Below, in pieces: positions 18,947 through 27,984 of a stretch of 64,000 bases of DNA (within the stretch, counting starts at the first letter, position 1; every line of letters starts with the position of its first letter). The notes under the pieces are model-generated. The model was not told where the DNA came from, did not search any database, and was given only the letters and a program-made list of their open reading frames with translations. The stretch comes from Candidatus Heimdallarchaeota archaeon (GTDB lineage Archaea; Asgardarchaeota; Heimdallarchaeia; Heimdallarchaeales; Heimdallarchaeaceae). Location of the stretch: NCBI GenBank assembly GCA_030603365.1, contig JAUVXV010000010.1, positions 64,001 through 128,000 on the forward strand. The letters are read 5' to 3'. The position numbers and the translations under genes are program-made.

Positions 18947-20184
18947 TGGCTGAGAGAGCTGATTTGAGGAATAGAATCAATGTGATGTTATTTCACTTTG
19001 ATCAAAGATTAGGTCCAAGGTTACTGTTCAATGTTGCTGAGATTCAAGATACAAGAATAACAGCATCATTAACTCGACTAATGGATTTTAATTTCCTTGA
19101 AGAAATGAAAGCTATAGTTAATGCCATGGCCAATGTTGTATATTCAAGCATGTTCTTCTCCATTCCAAATCCTACAGCAAGAGGTGGAGTAGAGCAATTC
19201 ATGCTTTCTTTTATAATTTTTGATCCTACAATAACCGAATATCTAACAATCTCTTCTTTAGAAGAAGAAATGTCAAAGATAATAAGCAATCTAATTCTTC
19301 TCTCTGAAATGTTCATCATTATAACCTACAGTAATCCAGTGCTTGAGGATTTTCCCGAGGTAGAAAATACACTAAAATCATTGAGAGATAATGCAATTAA
19401 TGTTTTCCAAGACATCTTTTATGGGCAATTTGAGGGAACCAAGGATGCTATATCACAAATATTAGGTAAAATTGGTTTCGAAGCAGGTAAACAAATTGTA
19501 CAAGAACTGCGGATAGATGATGAAGGTTCAGTGAAATCTTATACTGAGGCCCTAGTTAATTCACCAATTCTTACAAGATGGGGAAATATTAACATTCTTC
19601 ATTTTGACCCGGGAGAAAAAGTAGCTACAATATCTTTAGATAGATCTATTTGGACAGAATCTCTTGGAGTAATTGCAACAAAAACCTGTGCATTCATTGA
19701 AGGAATGTTAGAAGCTATTTTCAGTAAAATTTTAGATGAACCAATCATCTGTGATGAGATGAGATGTGCCTCTGAGTATAGTTACGTTAAAGATTGTATA
19801 TTTCAGATAGCTCCAGGAGGAGGAAGTAGGGAGATAATAGCTTATAGAGAAGATCAAACTATCAAAGAGATGGGAGTGCAAGAAAGAGAAAAAACTATGG
19901 AGTTAATCACTTCGGCTATTGGAGAACAATTCTACTATGAACTAGATCCCATGATAAGATTAATCCAATTGTTTAACAAAGCACCATTCATTTCTGACCA
20001 TTTTATCCAAGAGTCAGAGGAAGAAGTAAAATTTCTAGTAGTTTGTAATTACTGGAGATATCCTAATGAAATAATGTGTAACAGCTGTGAAAAGTGGATA
20101 AGAAATTCAAGCAAATTTCCTGTTAAACTAGTTAAGAGTAAACATCGTATTTGTGAAATAACATATGAAACAGAGAGTCAATAG
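18946..20184 (+). CDS. Longin/uDENN-like domain fused to V4R domain(s)
   Basis: FHFDQRLGP and PNPTARGGVEQFMLSFI at the N-terminus; V4R C..IEGMLE...EMRC...C.F; Cys-rich V4R-like tail. Confidence 0.8.
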   Translation: MAERADLRNRINVMLFHFDQRLGPRLLFNVAEIQDTRITASLTRLMDFNFLEEMKAIVNAMANVVYSSMFFSIPNPTARGGVEQFMLSFIIFDPTITEYLTISSLEEEMSKIISNLILLSEMFIIITYSNPVLEDFPEVENTLKSLRDNAINVFQDIFYGQFEGTKDAISQILGKIGFEAGKQIVQELRIDDEGSVKSYTEALVNSPILTRWGNINILHFDPGEKVATISLDRSIWTESLGVIATKTCAFIEGMLEAIFSKILDEPIICDEMRCASEYSYVKDCIFQIAPGGGSREIIAYREDQTIKEMGVQEREKTMELITSAIGEQFYYELDPMIRLIQLFNKAPFISDHFIQESEEEVKFLVVCNYWRYPNEIMCNSCEKWIRNSSKFPVKLVKSKHRICEITYETESQ

Positions 20185-20191
20185 AGACTCT

Positions 20192-20458
20192 TCAAGTATC
20201 AAAGAAATTCTTTAGTTTGGTTTGAACTATTTTAGTTTCAACCTTTTTCCAAATTGTTTTACCTGATATGTATTGACTAACCCACCGGCTCTTAAGTCTA
20301 AGATTTTTACCTACGGCAATTTTAGGAATCCAAACTGGTTCGATTGTTAATCCATCAATTACTCCATAATAGGATTTGATAGAATCTACAAAGAGAAAAT
20401 CTATCTTATATTCAGACAATGCTTCTTCTCTAGATTTAGTAATAACTTGTCCCATCAT
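20192..20458 (-). CDS. Small hypothetical protein with a C-terminal PIP box
   Basis: Ends QTKLKNFFDT; ATGA overlap with the upstream TPR gene. Confidence 0.7.
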   Translation of the reverse strand: MMGQVITKSREEALSEYKIDFLFVDSIKSYYGVIDGLTIEPVWIPKIAVGKNLRLKSRWVSQYISGKTIWKKVETKIVQTKLKNFFDT

Positions 20459-20976
20459 AGTTTCTCCAACAATCTTGTAGCATAGTCAACAATGAGAAGT
20501 TCATCACAAGTGTATGATTGAATGAAATTTTCCGCTCTCTTCAACCAAAGTTTGAGGATTTCTTTATCTGGATAATCCATTGTAACTAAGGTAAAGAGAA
20601 CTTTGGAAGGGAGACGAGGAGCAAGGTCAGGATTGGAATTTGTTTCCCAAGCGAGAGAATAGTAGCCTATAGCTATTTCCAATTCATCCCGTATTGTATG
20701 AAGGTTCCCTAAATAGAAATAAGTTAAATTAGAGGAAAGATCGGATAAAGAAAGTTCTTGGAAGAATCGTATTGCAGAATCAACTTCTCCTTGTTGAATT
20801 AAACTAAGACCTAGAGTTAAAAGCAGGTTATATTCAAAATCAAATAGAGCATCGATTGCAGTTTGTTCTTTTTCTTCTGATTCTAAACTTAGCATGATTA
20901 CTTTCATTAAAGAGTCTAGAAAAATAGTATAAAAACCTAACAAAAAATCTCTCAAGATAAACAGAAGAAAACTCAT
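20455..20976 (-). CDS. Short TPR protein (true start probably downstream, MLSLESEE)
   Basis: LGLSLIQQGEVDSAIRFF and LGNLHTIRDELEIAIGYY repeats. Confidence 0.75.
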   Translation of the reverse strand: MSFLLFILRDFLLGFYTIFLDSLMKVIMLSLESEEKEQTAIDALFDFEYNLLLTLGLSLIQQGEVDSAIRFFQELSLSDLSSNLTYFYLGNLHTIRDELEIAIGYYSLAWETNSNPDLAPRLPSKVLFTLVTMDYPDKEILKLWLKRAENFIQSYTCDELLIVDYATRLLEKL

Positions 20977-21002
20977 CTAATTTCTGTTTATTACTCGTAG
21001 AA

Positions 21003-22100
21003 TTAGAATTTTTTCAAAAACTTCTGTAACTCTTCTTTAGTAAACTCAAAAACTACTTCTGAATTCCATTTCTTGTATCCTAAAATCTCATTTATTTTAT
21101 GCATATGGATGTTAGCTGAAGAACTACCTGTTGACCATGTTCTTACTTGTGTGGTTTTTAACATTCTCTCCAGCATTTGGTACTTTAAAGCTAATCCGAG
21201 ACCATTTCCTCTATGTTCATGTAGAACACCTGTTTCCCACTGCCATGCAACCTGTGGTTGATAATCACTGATTACTGAAACAGTAATGCCAACTGGGTTT
21301 TTTGTTTTTCTTTCAATAGCGACGAAAGACAGAAAAGTTTCCCATCTCTGAAGATTATTATCACATTGCTCATCATAACGCTCTGTAGTTAGTTTTGTAT
21401 TTTCTTCTGAAAGCTTCTCTCTTGGCATGTCATTCCAAACACATTCTATTAAATTGACGAACTTTGGATAGTCTTCTATATTTTCTTTGTAATTCAGATT
21501 ATCAACAATTATTAGATCATAACCTTTCTGAAGTACTTTCTCTTTTTGTTTTTGAGCTTCTAAAGAAATCTCATCTAAATTATGCTCATCAAGATTCGCA
21601 ATGTAAAAAAACTCTTCATAAGCTCGTTCATCCTTAATTTTATCATAAAAGTGCTCTTCTTTTGATTCACTCAAGTACCAAGCATACATTGTTTTGATCT
21701 GCTCTGGAATACTATTCACTATCTCTCTAAACATAATCATTCTGTTATTCTCTTTTTCCTTATTGTCCTGTAAGTGAATAAAATGCCAAGCTTGTTCTAA
21801 ATTGTCATATTTTGTATTCCAGCCTAACCAAGCATAACTCATAACTTCATCATTCTCATTTACTCCTACAAATTGGAGGCTTTTTACCCAAGATAACTCA
21901 GGAACCTTCCAGTTTTTTCTATAGAAATTTAAGTGAGGAGGATCAGCAGGAAGGTATTCTCTTTGAGATTTCTGCATTAATTCGAATATACTCTCAAGAT
22001 ATTTTTCGGGAATGTCTTCCTTCATCCCTGAGATGATGTTCTGAATTCTCATTTTGTCACACTCCAAAGAAATCGTTAAAAATCTGTTGAATTGAAACAA
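21003..22100 (-). CDS. Tandem GNAT-fold acetyltransferase
   Basis: TGVLHEHRGNGLGLALK; N.HMHKINEILGY. Confidence 0.88.
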   Translation of the reverse strand: MFQFNRFLTISLECDKMRIQNIISGMKEDIPEKYLESIFELMQKSQREYLPADPPHLNFYRKNWKVPELSWVKSLQFVGVNENDEVMSYAWLGWNTKYDNLEQAWHFIHLQDNKEKENNRMIMFREIVNSIPEQIKTMYAWYLSESKEEHFYDKIKDERAYEEFFYIANLDEHNLDEISLEAQKQKEKVLQKGYDLIIVDNLNYKENIEDYPKFVNLIECVWNDMPREKLSEENTKLTTERYDEQCDNNLQRWETFLSFVAIERKTKNPVGITVSVISDYQPQVAWQWETGVLHEHRGNGLGLALKYQMLERMLKTTQVRTWSTGSSSANIHMHKINEILGYKKWNSEVVFEFTKEELQKFLKKF

Positions 22101-22141
22101 TTTCAGATAATACTTAAAATAGCTAGAACGAATAATTAATT

Positions 22142-23686
22142 ATGAGAAATCATCTTTCTATCATTTGCTTTATCCTTGTAATTTTAGCTCCATTTACTGG
22201 AACTGGATCAACTTTACAGCAAGCTAGTCCTACAATTGTCGATTATATCTATTGTAATAGTAATATTATAACAATTGATGATTCCAGCTCATTGTTTGAA
22301 GCTATTGCAATTAAAGATGGCATTATAGTTGCCTTAGGTAGTAACGAAGAAATTCTATCAAATTATGAAGCAGAAAATAATCAATGCTATAATCTGGAAG
22401 GACGAACCATTATGCCTGGAATAATCGATGGTCATACACACTATATGGCATCATTATTTTGGATTGGAGAAACAGAAACAATCTATGAATCTCAAATTTT
22501 AGCTTTAGCTAATGGCTATACAACCTTAAATGAAAAAAGTATAGACATGGGTGAATTTCAATGGTTACAGGAAGCAGAACAAAGTAATACGCTTCGTCTT
22601 CGAGTAAACGCTTTTCTTATTTACAATTATGCTTGGCTTGAAAATAATGAATCTGTATTAGTTGAACACTGGAATCCAGATTTAGAACCTCTACTAAATC
22701 ATGACCGCAAGTTTCGTGTTCCTGGATTCAAAATCTATTTAGATGGAGCTTACGGACACCGAGGTTTTCCAGCAATGAGTGACCCTTATACACAGGAAAT
22801 GATAGATTTATGGGGGATTATCAATCCTTATGGAGATCTTTATTTTAATCAATCAGAATTAAATTCAGTAGTAGATTCTTTTCATGATAGAGGTTTTAGT
22901 GTAGCTGTTCACGCAATGGGTGATAGAGCAACTGAAACAATCCTAAATTCTATAGAATATGCTTTGAATGGGACAGATAATGATAATGCACGACATCAGA
23001 TTGAGCATAACAGCTTCATTAGAGAAGATCAAATCGCTAAAGCTTTATCACTTAATACTATTCATTCTGTTAGAGGCTACTTCCCAACTTATTGGCAGCA
23101 AGAATATGCTGATCTTTACAGTTCCATATGGATGGAAAGGACAGTAAACAGATACTCTCTGCCTGGAGAAGGACTTCATTCTTATCTAGAAACTGATTTT
23201 GGTTTTCTTCATGGTTATGATGAAGATAATTGGAGTAAATCAGCTAATATCAGACCTTTCCTACACTTATGGGGTTTGGTTACTAGAAAAGCAATTGATA
23301 TTAATGGTACAATCCATGAACCTGATCCTTGGGTTGCAGAACATGAAATTACAGTTGAACAAGCACTAAGAATGATGACCATAGAAGGAGCGTATGCAGT
23401 AAAACAAGAGGACTATATTGGTTCTTTGGAAGTTGGTAAATATGCAGATATAATAATTTTAACAGCTGATCCTCTAACAATTGATCCTGATGAGCTAAAA
23501 GATATTGAAGTTATGCTTACAATGGTAGAAGGAAAAATAGAATTCCAAATGGCAAGTCACTCATTCCCAATAACATGTGAGCTTTCAACACCAGGGACAG
23601 ATACAACACCATGGACCATTCTCTTATCAATAACTGGAATATGTGTCATTGTTCTAATAACCACAAAAAAGATAAGAATAAAATAA
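22142..23686 (+). CDS. Secreted, membrane-anchored amidohydrolase-3 (YtcJ-like)
   Basis: Signal peptide; PGIIDGHTH, HAMGD, IEH and GSLEVGKYAD motifs; C-terminal TM + basic tail. Confidence 0.9.
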   Translation: MRNHLSIICFILVILAPFTGTGSTLQQASPTIVDYIYCNSNIITIDDSSSLFEAIAIKDGIIVALGSNEEILSNYEAENNQCYNLEGRTIMPGIIDGHTHYMASLFWIGETETIYESQILALANGYTTLNEKSIDMGEFQWLQEAEQSNTLRLRVNAFLIYNYAWLENNESVLVEHWNPDLEPLLNHDRKFRVPGFKIYLDGAYGHRGFPAMSDPYTQEMIDLWGIINPYGDLYFNQSELNSVVDSFHDRGFSVAVHAMGDRATETILNSIEYALNGTDNDNARHQIEHNSFIREDQIAKALSLNTIHSVRGYFPTYWQQEYADLYSSIWMERTVNRYSLPGEGLHSYLETDFGFLHGYDEDNWSKSANIRPFLHLWGLVTRKAIDINGTIHEPDPWVAEHEITVEQALRMMTIEGAYAVKQEDYIGSLEVGKYADIIILTADPLTIDPDELKDIEVMLTMVEGKIEFQMASHSFPITCELSTPGTDTTPWTILLSITGICVIVLITTKKIRIK

Positions 23687-23703
23687 AATGAAATGAAATA
23701 GGA

Positions 23704-23760
23704 TTAATTTAATCCTATAATGTCCCCATCTTCACTGTAGTCCATTCTATTAGCAGTTGG
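23704..23760 (-). pseudogene. 57-bp remnant of the fhs 3' end (copy 3)
   Basis: Translates PTANRMDYSEDGDIIGLN* versus PAANRMDYTEDGNIIGLN* in the intact fhs. Confidence 0.9.
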
Positions 23761-23902
23761 ATTGAAGGGAATTAAGGGATTAAAACAAACTACAGTATAC
23801 AGGAAAAAAGTACGAGCTCCAATGGTAGTCTCTTTCTTCTTTAGAATCTATAGGAGATTTATGAAAGACAACTATAAATAATACAAATGATATAATTTAG
23901 GT

Positions 23903-24274
23903 ATGTCTGAAGAGGAGATTAAAGAACTGGAAGAGTTCCTTTTACCATATGTTAATGACAGACTTGACAAGTGGTACATAGCTACTAAAATTGGAGAGTG
24001 TTTTATGTGGGTTGCTAGAGCCTTGATTAGATGTCTTCTAAATGTTACCGAGAAGATTCATTTGCATGAAATAACGTCGATTTCACTTTCTGAAGTTTAT
24101 TTTATAGAAAAAATTAATATATTTCAGAATAAGGATGGTGCTATTTCCAGCTTTATGGAAATGGACCCACATAAAATTTCAGGAGAAATACACCAATGGA
24201 TTATTCATCTTCAGGAAAATGGAAAACTCTCCGGAATATACGAAAGGCATACTGGATTTTATCGAAATAAATAG
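23903..24274 (+). CDS. Hypothetical protein, possible C-terminal winged-helix/PCI-like end
   Basis: IIHLQENGKLSGIYERHTGFY resembles a wH wing. Confidence 0.6.
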   Translation: MSEEEIKELEEFLLPYVNDRLDKWYIATKIGECFMWVARALIRCLLNVTEKIHLHEITSISLSEVYFIEKINIFQNKDGAISSFMEMDPHKISGEIHQWIIHLQENGKLSGIYERHTGFYRNK

Positions 24275-24468
24275 TTATGATAACTTTTGGGACATATATC
24301 AACTAAACCGCATCATGTTCATGAAAGAGGGAAAAAAGATGCAGTAGAAAGCGAGATGACAGGAAACTCTGATAACGACATACCTCTACTAATTGAAGTT
24401 TTGAAGATATTTCTAGTGTAAAAATGAGCATATTCTGTATGAAGAATTATGACATAGTAAAAGTTTGT

Positions 24469-24520
24469 TAAAAAAAAAGGGGTTTGCTCCAACTTCTGTT
24501 GGATTAGAACAGAGTGGAGT
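24469..24520 (-). terminator. Stem-loop plus T-tract downstream of the 24543-25100 gene
   Basis: Imperfect stem CTCCAACTTCTGTT/AACAGAGTGGAG followed on the minus strand by CCCC and a T run. Confidence 0.5.
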
Positions 24521-24542
24521 GTGTTTCAAAGGTTATTTATGC

Positions 24543-25100
24543 TTAATAAGGCATAAAATAATTGTTCATAAAGGCTAAGTCTACTCCAGGAGTTACATAG
24601 TGTGCCATTCCTGGCATTGGTCCACCGTCGAAGTTGAAGGCTGTTCTGGCTGTATGTTTGAGCCAAATAACTTTATCAGGATGTTCAGCTCCACCATCAA
24701 CTGCTCTCATTTCATGTCTATGAACATATCCCATACTGGCATATGCTTCAGCCTTTTCTGGACTCCATGTATCGATAATACCATGTACTATGAAAAGGAG
24801 TTCACCATCAGCTGCGTCAGAAGACCACCATTGTGCCATTCCAAAAGGACCAGTGTTATAGTGTTTTCCAACGAACTGATTAGGTCCAGCTTGTACCCAG
24901 TAATGACCAGGAACATCGAATTCTCCATTAGGACCATCAGGCGCACCTGCCATGTAATAATCTATTCCATCAACATTGAAAACGATCCCATGTACAAAAC
25001 CTTTAGCGTTTGCTGAGGTTGTTTCTGCAGATGCTAGTGCTGTTAAAGCAAAAATCGAAAGCATAAACAAACTCAGACCGATTGTTTTTGATTTATTCAT
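24543..25100 (-). CDS. Secreted His/Met/Gly-rich hypothetical protein, possible metal binder
   Basis: Signal peptide; PGHYW, KHYNTGP, YVHRHE and LKHTA segments; higher GC than its flanks. Confidence 0.8.
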   Translation of the reverse strand: MNKSKTIGLSLFMLSIFALTALASAETTSANAKGFVHGIVFNVDGIDYYMAGAPDGPNGEFDVPGHYWVQAGPNQFVGKHYNTGPFGMAQWWSSDAADGELLFIVHGIIDTWSPEKAEAYASMGYVHRHEMRAVDGGAEHPDKVIWLKHTARTAFNFDGGPMPGMAHYVTPGVDLAFMNNYFMPY

Positions 25101-25119
25101 AATTCATCAAACCGTTAAG

Positions 25120-25158
25120 TGTTACCAATATAATGGTAACATTACTTATAATTAAGTA
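25120..25158. promoter_or_regulatory. Two adjacent perfect palindromes, candidate operators
   Basis: TGTTACCA-N6-TGGTAACA (25120-25141) and TACTTA-N4-TAAGTA (25143-25158), just upstream of the 25100 ATG. Confidence 0.55.
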
Positions 25159-25274
25159 TCCAACTATAAATATATGTGGTTTAAACAAAAATAAACATAT
25201 GATCAAAAAAACCAACTGCAAAAAAGATTATTGTAAGTTTAAATGTGTCAGTATAGATTGAAAATTCACTATAG

Positions 25275-25538
25275 TTGATTTATTTAACGCTAGGGGAACC
25301 AAAATATACGATGGGGGGGAAATATTTGCTGTTAGTACAATTCAAATTAATACGACATTTATTTTACCATTTGATTTCGATGGTGTATATGAAAAAAATC
25401 GGAAGTGATTATGTTGGTTATTATCATTATACGCTTAAAGTAACTGGAACAACTGAACCTACAGATTTTGGTTTCACAATAATAGGAGTAGTGATAGTCG
25501 TTATCTGGATTACTAAACATAGAAAAAAGAAAATATAA
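25275..25538 (+). pseudogene. 3' remnant of a C-terminally anchored surface-protein gene
   Basis: Only the tail looks protein-like (Thr-rich linker, TM, KHRKKKI*); TTG start, no signal peptide. Confidence 0.5.
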
Positions 25539-25561
25539 GAATGAATAAAAGTAGGGCTAGT

Positions 25562-25873
25562 TTAGTTTAACCCTATAATGTTTCTATCTTCAGTATAGTC
25601 CATTCTGTTAGCTGCTGGAACTGGAGGTAGTCCAGGCAGTAAGAACATGCTACCACAAATGGGAACGATAAAACGAGCACCAGTGTATAATCTGACCTCG
25701 TCAACATTAAGGGTCCAACCCTTGGGTGCACCCATGAGACCAATCTTGTCTGAAAGGTTGAGTTGAGTCTTAGCCATACAGAGAGGGAAGTCAGCAAAAC
25801 CAAGCTTTTCGATGTAAGCAATATCTTGGAGAGCTTGAGGTGAGCATTCTACGCCTTCAACACCATAGATTTT
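25562..25873 (-). pseudogene. 312-bp duplicate of the fhs 3' end (copy 2)
   Basis: Colinear with 27985-28296; KIYGVEGVECSPQALQDIAY...IIGLN* is nearly identical in protein with many third-position changes. Confidence 0.95.
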
Positions 25874-25897
25874 TATTCGAAAAGGAGAAAGAAGCTT

Positions 25898-27976
25898 ATG
25901 AGAGGAACAACTAGAGCAATAATCATGTTATTGATAGGGACCTCTTTGTTCAGTCCTTTGCTGATCGAATCAGATAATCAAAAAGATTTGAATTCATCTC
26001 CTTCTTCTCCTTTTCTTTTTTCTTATTCTAGTGCAATAAATATCGATAATGATTCTGCTTTTATTACATATGGATTTCCAGGAAATGGAACTTTTAGTAA
26101 TCCATTTAGAATTGAAAATCTGGAAATAATCTCAAACGAAACTTACTCGATTCGAATTCAAAATACTAATAGTTTCTTTATCATCACCAACTGTAAACTC
26201 AATTCAACATATAATGGTATTAATTTGAAAAATCTTGCAAACAACACAGCAATTGTAGAAAACAATGTTTTTTCAAATTTTGATCAAGGAATTGGATTAT
26301 ATATAGAAAACTCTTCTTTTACCAAAATTATAGATAATCATTTCTCATACTCAAAGACAGCAATTATGACAAGACTAGATACAGATAATTGTACTATAAT
26401 CAATAACTCCTTTGAGTATATATCAAGTGAATGCTTCTCGATACAAGAATCGGATAATTGTGTAATCATTAGTAATGAATGTTTAATTTCTAGTACCTTT
26501 CTGTACGCCTATTTTTGTGATTATTTGACAGTTGTTAATAATTTCTGTGATGATACGCGACAATTCACTCATGTAAGTCACTCTCAAAATTGTAATATTT
26601 CTAGTAATACATGTTCAAATATTACTGAAAATGGGATATATATTGGAGATACTGATTCATGCGATGTTTTATTCAATGAAATTAATGGAGGTTCAGCTGG
26701 TCTCAGAATTGTATCTTCATCAAATGTAAATATTTGTTGTAATACAATTGAATACTGTAATATTGGATTGGGTTTACGAAAATCCAGAGAATGCTATATT
26801 AAAAAGAATAATTTTACTAAATGCGGCATTTCTATCGATGAAGTAGAAGAACCAGATATTGATACATGGATGTTAGAAGACAATCTAGTTAATGGTAAGT
26901 TACTCGGTTTTTATCGGCACAAAGGAACTAATTTCTTAATTGAAGAAGAATATGGACAACTAATCCTAGTGGATTGTTTCCAAGTGACAGTTAGAAATAT
27001 AAAAATTGAAAACACTAGTATGGGGATAGGTTTATTTTATTGTGATTATTCAATTGTTGAAAACTGCACAATAAGTAATACAGTACAGAATTTTGTCCTC
27101 TATGAATCCTATTCATGTAATATTACAACTAGTTACAGTTTTGCCTCTACTTACGGTCTAGTAGTCTCTCGTTCAGAAAATTGTTATGTTCTAGAAACAG
27201 AAATTTACAACAATGATTATGGGATCCAAATTAGTCTATCAGAATATTGTTACATTAATAAGAATAATATCTTAGCAAATAATCACTATGGAATTGAACT
27301 CCATTTCTCTGATTACTGTGAGATAACAGAAAATACAATCAAAGAGAACATAAAAGGCATTTACCTAAACTTTGTGAGTACAATATTAATTGGAAGTAAT
27401 TACATATCACAAAATTATCCAAATCCCGTTTACAATAATAATTCCGCAGGAATTTATTCAACTGCAGCACTTTGGGTCTCAATTAAACACAATTCTTTTA
27501 CAGATAATGAAAAAGGAATATTGTTGTTGTTTAGTCATTATTTTATGATTTCAGATAATTGTTTTAGGAATAATAACTATGGTATTGTAGGGAAAGAAAT
27601 TTTGGAAAGTGAAATCAAATACAATTGGTTTGAAGAAAACAGCTTTTACGCCATTACTTTAAGTTCTATCTCTACAGGAAACATAATACATCATAATGCA
27701 TTCATAAATAATAATAATGGTAATGTTCAAGTTTTGGATGATGGATTTAATAACACTTGGTATAAAGTGGAAACAGAAGAAGGAAACTATTGGAGTGATT
27801 ATCAAAAAACAGGAAATTATAGTATAGATGGAATGGCAAATTCGTATGATCTCTATCCATTAATGGTAAATCCTTTAAGAAAGAGTTACTCGAGTTATTA
27901 TGCGTTTTTTTCAATGATAATTTTGATTCCAGTAAGTGTTATAGCTTTGAAAAAATATAGAAAAAGAAAAGAGTAA
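25898..27976 (+). CDS. Secreted right-handed beta-helix (NosD/CASH-like) surface protein
   Basis: Signal peptide; GFPGNGT; many PbH1-type repeats; GNYWSDY; C-terminal TM + KKYRKRKE. Confidence 0.88.
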   Translation: MRGTTRAIIMLLIGTSLFSPLLIESDNQKDLNSSPSSPFLFSYSSAINIDNDSAFITYGFPGNGTFSNPFRIENLEIISNETYSIRIQNTNSFFIITNCKLNSTYNGINLKNLANNTAIVENNVFSNFDQGIGLYIENSSFTKIIDNHFSYSKTAIMTRLDTDNCTIINNSFEYISSECFSIQESDNCVIISNECLISSTFLYAYFCDYLTVVNNFCDDTRQFTHVSHSQNCNISSNTCSNITENGIYIGDTDSCDVLFNEINGGSAGLRIVSSSNVNICCNTIEYCNIGLGLRKSRECYIKKNNFTKCGISIDEVEEPDIDTWMLEDNLVNGKLLGFYRHKGTNFLIEEEYGQLILVDCFQVTVRNIKIENTSMGIGLFYCDYSIVENCTISNTVQNFVLYESYSCNITTSYSFASTYGLVVSRSENCYVLETEIYNNDYGIQISLSEYCYINKNNILANNHYGIELHFSDYCEITENTIKENIKGIYLNFVSTILIGSNYISQNYPNPVYNNNSAGIYSTAALWVSIKHNSFTDNEKGILLLFSHYFMISDNCFRNNNYGIVGKEILESEIKYNWFEENSFYAITLSSISTGNIIHHNAFINNNNGNVQVLDDGFNNTWYKVETEEGNYWSDYQKTGNYSIDGMANSYDLYPLMVNPLRKSYSSYYAFFSMIILIPVSVIALKKYRKRKE

Positions 27977-27984
27977 AAGTAGGG

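Noticed and set aside
25562-25821. 71-aa and 82-aa ORFs as independent genes
   Set aside because: They are the in-frame fhs tail duplicate and its shifted frame
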